Shown: piece by piece, positions 21,801-30,212 of the stretch
Numbering within the stretch: the stretch's first letter is position 1
How the letters are laid out: each line of letters starts with the position of its first letter
DNA from: Octopus bimaculoides
Lineage: Eukaryota
DNA length: 35,583 nucleotides
NCBI RefSeq assembly: GCF_001194135.2
Contig: NC_069002.1
Location: 6,442,013-6,477,595, forward strand
Reading direction: 5' to 3'
Notes under the pieces: generated by a model
What the model was told of the DNA's origin: nothing
Seen by the model: only the letters and a program-made list of their open reading frames with translations
The model's database searches: none
Translations under genes and position numbers: made by a program

Positions 21801-24800
21801 GAGTCCAATGGAGATAAAGTCTGGAGCCGCTGTGGCAGTGGTAAGTATTTCTGTCCATGTATGAAGTGGGTGGTTCCTGAAAAGTTCCTGGCTTTAACCC
21901 CTTCGTTACTAACCCGGCTGAAACCGGCTCTGGCTCTGTAGTACAAATGTCTAGTTTTCATAGGTTTTGAATTAAAATCTTCCACCAAACTTTAGTCAAA
22001 ATTTAGGTTCCTAACATTAGCTGAATGATAACTCAGTTATGTTACCAAATTCTTTGTTATGTTTAAAATTAATTGAAAGAAACACAGAGCATCTCAACAG
22101 AAATAGGGTAGCAAAAGGGTTAAAGTCACCATGATATTTTTAACCCTTTTGATACCAACCCGCCTGAAACCGGCTCTGGCTCTGTAGTACAAATGTCTAG
22201 TTTTCATAGGTTTTGAATTAAAATCTTCCANNNNNNNNNNNNNNNNNNNNNNNNNNNNNNNNNNNNNNNNNNNNNNNNNNNNNNNNNNNNNNNNNNNNNN
22301 NNNNNNNNNNNNNNNNNNNNNNNNNNNNNNNNNNNNNNNNNNNNNNNNNNNNNNNNNNNNNNNNNNNNNNNNNNNNNNNNNNNNNNNNNNNNNNNNNNNN
22401 NNNNNNNNNNNNNNNNNNNNNNNNNNNNNNNNNNNNNNNNNNNNNNNNNNNNNNNNNNNNNNNNNNNNNNNNNNNNNNNNNNNNNNNNNNNNNNNNNNNN
22501 NNNNNNNNNNNNNNNNNNNNNNNNNNNNNNNNNNNNNNNNNNNNNNNNNNNNNNNNNNNNNNNNNNNNNNNNNNNNNNNNNNNNNNNNNNNNNNNNNNNN
22601 NNNNNNNNNNNNNNNNNNNNNNNNNNNNNNNNNNNNNNNNNNNNNNNNNNNNNNNNNNNNNNNNNNNNNNNNNNNNNNNNNNNNNNNNNNNNNNNNNNNN
22701 NNNNNNNNNNNNNNNNNNNNNNNNNNNNNNNNNNNNNNNNNNNNNNNNNNNNNNNNNNNNNNNNNNNNNNNNNNNNNNNNNNNNNNNNNNNNNNNNNNNN
22801 NNNNNNNNNNNNNNNNNNNNNNNNNNNNNNNNNNNNNNNNNNNNNNNNNNNNNNNNNNNNNNNNNNNNNNNNNNNNNNNNNNNNNNNNNNNNNNNNNNNN
22901 NNNNNNNNNNNNNNNNNNNNNNNNNNNNNNNNNNNNNNNNNNNNNNNNNNNNNNNNNNNNNNNNNNNNNNNNNNNNNNNNNNNNACGTGCAAGTGGCTGA
23001 TCACTCCACAGACACATGTGCCCTTAACGTAGTTCTCGGGGGATATTCAGCGTGACACAGTGTAACAAGTCTGACCCTTTGAATTACAGGCACAACAGAA
23101 ACAGGAAGTAAGAGTGAGAGAAAGTTGTGAAAGAGTACAGCAGGGTTCGCCACCACCCCCTGCCGGAGCCTCGTGGAGCTTTAGGTGTTTTCGCTCAATA
23201 AACACTCACAACGCCCGGTCTGGGAATCGAAACCGCGACGCTATGACCACGAGTCTGCTGCCCTAACCACTGGGCCATTGCGCCTCCACTTTGTATATAT
23301 TAGGTTATCTGGAAAGATCGGAGCATCTTTTAATATGCAGAAAGGTATATAAATAATTGATCTTTCAATAAATTTTATTCAATGAAATAATTTCCATTAT
23401 TGTCAATGACCTTTGCCCATCTATCAGGCAATTTAAATATTCCATCAGCTTAAAATTTGACTGGTTTTGAAGAACAAAAGTTATCTAGATGCATTTTGAT
23501 GCCATCTAAATGGTTAAATGTTTTTTCTTGCAATGTGTTCCAGATGTTCTCCAAACGGCTGTATGGCATAATGTGGTGGATCATGCCAATATTTGTGTCT
23601 CTGTCAACTTTTGGTGGCGTCAATGGAATTTTATTCACATCTTCAAGGTGAGTAGATTTATAGTTATAATAACAGAACAGACGTTTTTGGGTAAATACAA
23701 AAAAAAGAAAACAATTTATCAAAGAATGCCTTTTAAACCTTTTGGTACCGTATATATCGAAATATCGAAATATATTGCCTCTGCTTCAATTTTGAAAATA
23801 TTGAAGAATTTAGTAAAATAATTTAGTCATTGTAAATTTAGGATGCTTATCCTTTTGGAGCAGATGACAAAAGACCAAGATATCTGGCGCCTTGCAGTAC
23901 GGCTGCTTCCCCTGATGAAGAAGATTAGCATGCAATAGCCCCCTGTACCAGTGCTACTTGGAAAGCAATTGTGCCAGCACCACTTAAAAATGTTCATGCC
24001 AGTTCACCCCGAAAAGTAGATTCTTGTGGACACCCTGTAGAATCAGATGGACTACATTAAGAGGATTGATAGCAAAAGATTAATAACTCTGTTGGTTTCC
24101 TGCTTCGGTTAAATTTACCCTTCCCTCAATATCTATGTTAAAGAATTTGTATGTTTCTCTAGAACAATACTACAAGTAAACTAATCTACATTTCTTCTTC
24201 CATTGTTTCTGATATATTCCAGATTATTCTTTGTCGGTGGTCGAGAAAACCATATGCCGAAAGTTATGAGTTATGTTTCTGTCAACAATCTCACACCGAT
24301 GCCCGCTGTTTTATTTATGGTTAGTACTTGTTGTTTGTTGTGGAAGTGGTGTTGGTGGCAGCAGCATCGGCGTCGGTGTAGTACAAGCTGTGTCATTGTA
24401 TTTGCCAATATTCTGTAAAAATATGTCTGGTTATAGGGAAATATTAACTTGCTTGGAAATAGGTGACACTTTCTATTCTCAATCTTTCTCTCTCTCTCAG
24501 AAATAGAGGAAACTGGTGATTGATCGATTGATAGCCTATAACCAACAACTAATGTATTAATGACAAAATGAATGCTAGAAGAACATTGATTAACTTTATA
24601 TTTCTCTTTCAAAAATATGTTTTAATTAAATTATGAATGAAAAGCAGCTCTAGTATTGTAACCATTATCAGTCACACATATAGCGTATGTATTTTCTTTT
24701 GATGCTCAATTGCTGTGGGATAGTATTCGGGGAAAGCTCCCTATATGATACCTTGGAGTTGTCTCACTTGGTCTGTAACACTCAGTATCATGTAGGGAGT

Positions 24801-26355
24801 TTCCCCTGCATGCTATCCTGCAGCAATTGAGCATATAAAGAAAACATATACAGTATGAATGTACAACTGGTAATATTTTAATTATTTTAATATCCTTTGC
24901 ATAATTATGCAATTTCCTCTCTCTGCATGTATAATAAGTGTGCATACGTTAAATTACTGTAAAACAGGGCTTAAGCCTGTATTTTATAGAATTAATTAGT
25001 GTAATTATATTTCACTTATATCAGCTTTATACGTTAAATTACTGTAAAACAGGGCTTAAGCCTGTATTTTATAGAATTAATTATGTGTACAATTAATTAG
25101 TGTAATTATATTTCACTTATATCAGCTTTAACTGAAATTGAAAATATTTCTTTTGATTAAAATTTGCATGCGTAGTTGCATGTGTATGTATTTACATGTT
25201 TGTCTATCGATGTAATACAAAGTATTCTATGTCACTCTAAATATTCTTCTTTTCCTTTTCTTTCCATCACCACCACCACCACCACCACCGCCACTGCTGC
25301 TGTTACCATCTCCAGGGTATCTTGTCCCTGTTTTATCTGGTATCATCTGATATGTACGCTCTCATCAACTATGTGTCGTTTGTGAATTGGGGTGCCATCG
25401 GTCTATCAGTCTTTTCTGTGCTCTACTTCCGTTACACTCGTCCTGAATTACACAGACCGATCAAGGTTAGTTCATTCATTTCTTTTTGTCTTCATTACCC
25501 ATTTACCATTCAATTACTAATTACTCTCTGAGATGTAATGCTAACTCATTCACATTGTTTTAAACTAATCATGCATTATCTCTTTAACTTTGAGATTTCA
25601 GTTATGTGATTATTTTTTTTTAGAATGATATTGTAGAGTAAGTGTGAGAGGCTGGATCTGTCTGGTTTGAACATAAAACTATTAAAATATCTGGGTTAGA
25701 TATGGTTAGTTCTATCCTTTAGCATTTGAATTATTCTGTCAAATGTAATGCTTGTTTATTCATATTGTTTTGAATTAATCCTGCATTATCTCTAAGCTTC
25801 AAGATTTCGATGATCAATCAATTGATGTATCTGTCATAGATTAATTCATGTTAATTTATGACAGATACATCTGTGCTTACCTTGGATCGTAGGGCAACCT
25901 GCTGTGCTTGAGGAGACCTATTGGGTCAAGTACATTAACATCAAAATAAAAATCAAATGGAAATTGTAGTTGTGATATTTGTGCCGATGGTACATAAAAA
26001 GCACCATCCGAACGTGGCCAATGCCAGCGCCGCCTTGACTGGCTTCTGTGCCGATGACACGTAAAAAGCATCAACCGATCGTGGCCGTTGCCAGCCTCTT
26101 CTGGCCTCTGTGCCGGTGGCACATAATAAGCACCCACTACACTCTCGGAATGATTGGTGTTAGGAAGGGCATCCAGCTGTAGAAACACTGCCAGATCAGA
26201 CTGGAGCCTGGTGCAGCCTTCTGGCTTCCCAGACCCCAATCAAACCGTCCAACCCATACTAGCATGGAAAACGGACGTTAAACGATGATGATGATGACAT
26301 CAGCTGATTTCTTCCACTTAGTGATATGCCTAGGTTCAGTTATTTGTAGAAGTAT

Positions 26356-26388
<33 letters not shown>

Positions 26389-29300
26389 TCTTGTAGCTAG
26401 CCTCCTAGTGTGTATATCCTTCTCTTCTTTTTTTTTAGAGATAGTAGGTTGTGTTATGAGGCAATTGACTGCTATTTCTAGAAGCTTCTTCCTTGACTCA
26501 TTACAGGGCACCAAAGAGATAAAACATGGGCTGATCACTAAAGTGTGTCTAATTTTTAATTATGTCTTAATAATTACTTGAAACTATGTTGAGCTAATAA
26601 TATAATTAACGACACACCTTGACATTCTATACAGTGTTTATATTTTCATTATAGGTCGCTCTGATCTGGCCCATCATCTATACCATTGGTTCCTTACTCC
26701 TCATCATTTTACCAATATATGCCAAACCAGTAGAAACTGGTAAGTGGATTTTGTTCTGGAGAAAAGTTACATGAGTGTGTGTGCGTGTGTATTTTTTAAT
26801 TTTTTTATTTGTTTCAGTCATTTGACTGTAGCCATGCTGGAGCACCACCTGTAGTTGAACAAATCAACCCCAGGACTTATTCTTTTTGAGCCTAGTACTT
26901 ATTCCATCGGTCTCTTTTGCCGAACTGCTAAGTTATGGGGACATAATCACACCAGCAGTGGTTGTCAAACGATGGTGGGGGAACAAACACACACACACAC
27001 ACACATACATATATATAAAAAATACAAAAATGGGACAAAAACGCAAAACATCCAGACAGTCAGGTGATACAAAAATAGGGACAACAAAACATCCCGATAG
27101 ACGATACAAAGAAAACAAGGATGGGTCATTCAGAGTTTTCTTTCCTCAGTTGAGTTCCAGATTATCTTTGCAATTTCGGCCGGTTATACTGAGGAAAGAA
27201 AGCTCCGAATGACCCGTTCTTGTTTTCTTTGTATCGTCTGTTTGGATGTCTTGTTGTCCCTTTTTGTATCACCTAACTGTCTGGATGTTTTGCGTTCTTG
27301 TCCCATTTTGTATTTTATATATATATATAGCGGCGTACGTACACTTTGGTCTCTAACCACTTTAAGAGTATAATGGGTGCTTTTATGTGCCACTGACACA
27401 GGTGCCATTTGCGTGACACCAGTATCTGCCACGACTGATTTTACTTGGCTTGATGGGTCTTCTTCTCAAGCACAGCATAATGCCAAAGGTCTCGGTCATT
27501 CATCATTGCCTCTGTGAGGCCCAGCACTTGAAAGGAACTCAACCCCTTTGCCTCCATGTGGCCCAGCACTTGAAAGGAACTCAACCCTTTTGCCTCCATG
27601 CGGCCCAACACTCGAAAGGAACTCAACCCCTTTGCCTCTGTGAGGCCCAGCACTTGAAAGGAACTCAACCCCTTTGCCTCCATGCGGCCCGGCACTTGAA
27701 AGGAACTCAACCCCTTTGCCTCTGTGAGGCCCAATACTCGAAAGGAACTCAGCCACTAAATACATATATTTATAAACATTCTGTCATCTGTGTATATACA
27801 CCTATGCACACTACATCATATATATATGCACACTTATACACCCTCTGTCTTATATATATATATATATATAACTTTTATAAGTAATATTCTAAAAGAATAT
27901 ATAACTGAACTTATGTTGAGTGCTCAATTATTTTGAGCAAATTAACTCTTTAAATTTTAGGTTCCTTTATATTTTATATTTTAGACTTTGCAATATTCAT
28001 GCTTAATTACGCATAAATTTTTATACGCATATATATTCACACATATATTTATCTATATTCAGATTTTTATATATATTGATATTTATATTTCGTATATTTA
28101 TATTTTAAATTTTAAATTNNNNNNNNNNTACAAAAAAGTACAAAATGAAGAAAATAATATATAAAACAATAATATATAAAAAAATAAATATACCCATACA
28201 TTATATTGTCTTTGAGCTTTTGTAGTTCAATAGTAGTTCATGTATAAATTGGTAGGAAAAATAAGGATGCATGAGAGTTGAGAGTTTTGTTAGGTTTAAA
28301 AAAAGGGTTAAAGGTTTGTGTTAAGCAGGAAATGTGGTGTCAAAACAGGAAGTGTGTGTAAGGTGTGTACATACATTAACCTAACAGTCCGATTGTTCTA
28401 TATTTCAGGTATCGGCATCCTCATCATTGCAAGTGGTATTCCTGTATATGTGGTTTTTGTTGCTTGGAAGAGTAAACCAAAATTCCTGACTAACACTATA
28501 GGTAATTATTGTTCCTCTCTTTTTGTCGTCTGTCATTTTCTGGTATACATGTTGATGCTGTATATAATGCAGACATGTAGTATAAATGTTCAAATATCAT
28601 CACTATCTTTCCATACCGTGCTGCATTTCACATGGAATTTTTGGTCCTCCAAACTCGACCATCTCTGGCTGGAAATTTTTGCTTGAAGTATTCAATCTGT
28701 ATGACTTTGTAGCCAAAATTTGAAACCATTATTATTAAGGCGGTGAGCTGGCAGAAATGTTAGCACGCCGGGCGAAATGCTTAACGATATTTCGTCTGCC
28801 GCTACGTTCTGAGTTCAAATTCCGCCGAGGTCGACTTTGACTTTCATCCTTTCGGGGTCGATTAAATAAGTACCAGTTACGCACTGGAGTCAATGTAATC
28901 GACTTAATCCGTTTGTCTGTCCCTGTTTGTCCTCTCTATGTTTAGCCCCCTTGTGGGCAGTAAAGAAATAAGCATTTCGTTCATCTTTACGTTCTGAGTT
29001 CAAATTCCACCAAGGTCGACTTTGCTTTTGATCCTTCCAGGGCCAATAAAATAAGTACCAGTTGAATGCTGGGATCAATATAATTGACTTACCCCACATC
29101 CTGAAACTGCTGGCCTTGTGCCAAAATTTGGAAACCAGTATTTATATATTCATAAGCTGGCAGAATCATTAGCATGCCACGCAAAATGCTTAGCGGCATT
29201 TTGTCTATCGTTACATTCTGAGTTCAAATTCCATTGAGGTCAGCTTGGCCTTCCATCCTTTTGGGGTCGATAAAATAAGTACCAGTTGGGTAATGGGGTC

Positions 29301-29722
29301 TATGTACTCGTCTACTCCCCTATTTCAGGCCTTGTGCCTTTAGCAGAAAGGATTATTATTATTATTTTTATTATTTTATTATTATTATTAGTATTATTAA
29401 GGCAAAATGCTTAGCAGTATCCACCGGGCAAAATGCTTAGCAGTATCCATCTGTCTTCGTGTTCTGAGCTCAAATTCCACCAAGGTCGATTTTGCCTTTC
29501 ATCCTTTTGGGAGTCGATAAATTAAGTACCAGTGAAACACTGGGCGGGGGCGGGGTTTGATGTAATCGACTAGTCCCATTCCCTAATATGGCTGCCCTTG
29601 TGGCAAAATTTGAAACCATTATTATTATTATTAACTTAAATTTTATTTCATTTGTAGATAGAGGAACCCGTTTCCTGCAGAAATTGCTGCTGGTTGTACC
29701 GGAAGAGAAGAAACTCCTGTAA
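9951..29722 (+). CDS. SLC7A5/SLC7A8-like: SLC7 heterodimeric L-type amino-acid transporter light chain (LAT1/LAT2-like), 11 coding exons, 488 aa: join(9951-10428,16038-16163,17367-17466,20123-20167,21717-21840,23544-23647,24223-24319,25316-25465,26655-26739,28409-28501,29658-29722)
   Basis: Exons joined by hand at GT-AG sites with consistent phases; 1467 nt, open to TAA. Family motifs: TM1 [30 protein letters not shown] (Cys144), [15 protein letters not shown]6 FAYNGWNYLNF, TM8 [18 protein letters not shown]-terminal [10 protein letters not shown]. Exact vertebrate orthology is not resolvable by eye. Confidence 0.95.
10691..10882. mobile_element. Small foldback/MITE with about 43-bp inverted arms in intron 1
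   Basis: aataatttcttttttggaacagtggatctcgaagcgcataaag versus the reverse complement of 10841-10882: 4 substitutions and 1 indel. Confidence 0.7.
12512..12796. mobile_element. hAT-family MITE, 285 bp
   Basis: Perfect 15-bp TIR CAGGGGTTTTCAAAC/GTTTGAAAACCCCTG; repeated subterminal GGGGTCCG motifs; flanks match only 5/8. Confidence 0.85.
14456..14920. mobile_element. Two family-A SINE pieces tail-to-tail: + strand tail 14456-14636, - strand copy 14638-14920
   Basis: Both match the family-A copy at 16551-16886 in opposite orientations. Confidence 0.75.
15130..15990. repeat. Degenerate tandem array of MITE-related units (about 145-150 bp)
   Basis: AAGCTG(G/T)T..CATAAATTAAC..AAATTTTGA recurs at 15130, 15447, 15598, 15743 and 15846; aligns with the interior of family-E MITEs. 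Confidence 0.75.
16038..16163 (+). CDS. SLC7 coding exon 2 (126 nt; [43 protein letters not shown])
   Basis: Acceptor TTTTCAG|, donor G|GTAAGC; phase 1-1. Confidence 0.95.
16551..16886 (-). mobile_element. tRNA-derived SINE family A, near full length (head truncated)
   Basis: Best-preserved family-A body and tail in the window. Confidence 0.9.
17367..17466 (+). CDS. SLC7 coding exon 3 (100 nt; [33 protein letters not shown])
   Basis: Acceptor TTTTTCTAG|, donor TG|GTAAGT; TM6 motif. Confidence 0.95.
18082..18398 (+). mobile_element. Older tRNA-derived SINE sharing the family-D 3' tail
   Basis: GAGTTCAATTCC B box, gtgtccttgagcaagac core, tail ctgagaactatgtta..ctcagccacttgca..ggaaccct as in 32936-33280. 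Confidence 0.75.
19359..19649 (+). mobile_element. RTE-type 3' terminus with (GAT)n tail, plus a second short tail at about 19595-19649
   Basis: gttggcgttaggaagggcatccagctgtagaaac..ccaacccatgctagcatggaaa..ttaaacgatgatg; same as 26130-26296. Confidence 0.8.
19770..19995 (-). mobile_element. RTE-type 3' terminus, reverse orientation
   Basis: Reverse complement of the 19359 and 26130 copies. Confidence 0.8.
20123..20167 (+). CDS. SLC7 coding exon 4 (45-nt small exon; [16 protein letters not shown]), absent from the ORF track
   Basis: Long polypyrimidine tract plus CAG|, donor AA|GTAAGA; completes the GWNYLNF..EEL motif in frame. Confidence 0.93.
20435..20585 (-). mobile_element. Family-A SINE 5' half
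   Basis: caaatccattcacaagg..gctatagtagaagagacttgtccaag..ggactgaac. Confidence 0.75.
21133..21655 (+). mobile_element. Cluster: two older family-B SINEs (about 21133-21340 and 21362-21462) fused to a family-A tail (about 21463-21655)
   Basis: gctggcag..gcaaaatgct..ttctgagttcaaatt heads; aatgactgaaacaagtaaaa tail. Confidence 0.7.
21717..21840 (+). CDS. SLC7 coding exon 5 (124 nt; [41 protein letters not shown])
   Basis: Acceptor TTGCAG|, donor GTG|GTAAGT. Confidence 0.94.
21894..22230 (+). mobile_element. Two tandem piggyBac-like TTAA MITEs (21898-22119 complete; 22144 onward, cut by the gap)
   Basis: TTAA|CCC.TTCGTTAC ... AAAAGGG|TTAA, then a 16-bp spacer, then TTAA|CCCTTTTGATAC; body matches 34213-34432. 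Confidence 0.85.
22985..23289 (-). mobile_element. tRNA-derived SINE family D, head intact
   Basis: Reverse complement GGCGCAATGGCCCAGTGGTTAGGGC..GGTTTCGATTCCCAGACCGGG (A and B boxes); near-identical to 32936-33280. Confidence 0.9.
23544..23647 (+). CDS. SLC7 coding exon 6 (104 nt; [35 protein letters not shown])
   Basis: Acceptor TTCCAG|, donor AG|GTGAGT; TM8 motif. Confidence 0.94.
23860..24060 (+). mobile_element. RTE-clade LINE C-terminus/3' remnant
   Basis: Reads [13 protein letters not shown], like the [12 protein letters not shown] end at 27441-27500. Confidence 0.5.
24223..24319 (+). CDS. SLC7 coding exon 7 (97 nt; [32 protein letters not shown])
   Basis: Acceptor TTCCAG|, donor ATG|GTTAGT. 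Confidence 0.93.
24944..25129. repeat. 85-bp direct tandem duplication containing the palindrome GGCTTAAGCC
   Basis: Units start at 24944 and 25029; the second carries a short internal insertion. Confidence 0.9.
25316..25465 (+). CDS. SLC7 coding exon 8 (150 nt; [50 protein letters not shown])
   Basis: Acceptor CTCCAG|, donor AAG|GTTAGT; phase 0-0. Confidence 0.93.
25532..25810. mobile_element. Second TTAA-type MITE family, about 1.4 head-to-tail decayed copies
   Basis: atgtaatgct..ttca.attgtttt.aa.taatc.tgcattatctct repeats at about 25532 and 25742; terminus-like cctttagcat near 25715. Confidence 0.55.
25880..26296 (+). mobile_element. RTE-type 3' end with internal 62-67-bp triplication and (GAT)n tail
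   Basis: gtgccg.tg.cac.taa.aagca at 25981, 26048 and 26110; gctgtgcttgag.agac shared with the 27340-27500 copy. Confidence 0.8.
26655..26739 (+). CDS. SLC7 coding exon 9 (85 nt; [29 protein letters not shown])
   Basis: Acceptor ATTATAG|, donor G|GTAAGT; hydrophobic TM11 segment. Confidence 0.9.
26815..27010 (-). mobile_element. Family-A SINE 3' half ending at its internal (CA)/(TA) tract
   Basis: Matches 16551-16790. Confidence 0.85.
27010..27329. mobile_element. Foldback element: inverted arms 27019-27150 and 27188-27316, 37-nt loop, embedded in (TA)n
   Basis: Hand alignment gives 10 substitutions and 3 gap bases over about 130 bp. Confidence 0.9.
27340..27757 (-). mobile_element. RTE-clade LINE 3' fragment whose 5' end is a 42-bp tandem array (about 6 units, 27508-27757)
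   Basis: Reverse strand ends ..[27 protein letters not shown]; units start at 27518, 27560, 27602, 27644, 27686 and 27728. Confidence 0.8.
28409..28501 (+). CDS. SLC7 coding exon 10 (93 nt; [30 protein letters not shown])
   Basis: Acceptor TTTCAG|, donor G|GTAATT; TM12 SGIPVY motif. Confidence 0.92.
28712..29632 (+). mobile_element. Chain of family-B SINEs filling intron 10: tail 28712-28737, young full copy 28739-28971, older copies about 28972-29138, 29153-29390 and 29398-29632
   Basis: Four GAG(T/C)TCAAATTCC B boxes and repeated AAATTTG(G)AAACC/(ATT)n tails, all on the + strand. Confidence 0.85.
29658..29722 (+). CDS. SLC7 terminal coding exon 11 ([21 protein letters not shown])
   Basis: Acceptor TTTGTAG|; C-terminus resembles the LAT1-type QKL..VVP tail; TAA at 29720-29722. 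Confidence 0.9.
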
Positions 29723-29742
29723 TAAAAATACACATTTAAAAC

Positions 29743-29779
<37 letters not shown>

Positions 29780-29835
29780 ATTATTATTTTTTTTTTCAAA
29801 CCCTAAAAACAAAGTCTTATGATTAATACAATAAA
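29721..29835 (+). terminator. Candidate polyadenylation signals AATAAA at 29721-29726 (overlapping the stop codon) and 29830-29835
   Basis: Hexamers read directly; T-rich sequence lies downstream. Usage unknown. Confidence 0.35.
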
Positions 29836-30064
29836 AAAACAACAAACAATGACATTGGGCAACAAATTTCAATTTTTTTCCTGCCATTCCAGGCATAGGA
29901 ACAACCATCTCTTATTAAATTGATTATGGTAAATTCAGACCTTGTTTGACCAATTTCCCTTACCATGTCCAAGTAACAAAAAACTTACCCCTTATTTCCG
30001 CACCCCAGTTCCTGTGGCATAAACTGACTGTGGTACATTTCTGTACCATGGTTTTATATGCTGC

Positions 30065-30212
30065 TAAGCATTTCTTCCTTCGTGGTTTGAGTTCAAATTC
30101 CACCGAGGTTGACTTTGCCTTTTAAATAAATACCAACTGGGCACGGGTCAATCTGATCGATTTAACCCCTCTCCACCAAATTTCTGGCCATTGTCCCCAA
30201 AATTTGAAGCCA
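30065..30212 (+). mobile_element. Decayed family-B SINE downstream of the stop codon (another head at about 32043-32115)
   Basis: gagttcaaattccaccgaggttgactttgcc..ccaaaatttgaagcc. Confidence 0.7.

Noticed and set aside
27188-27215. CTGAGGA..GAA in the foldback arm as a Penelope-type hammerhead
   Set aside because: No paired stem II and no GAAA-stem III-UH arrangement.
27441-27884. Repetitive ORFs (97, 144 and 89 aa) and a CRISPR-like look of the 42-bp array
   Set aside because: Contiguous tandem units with no unique spacers, no cas genes and a eukaryotic intron context; the ORFs are open only because 42 is divisible by 3.
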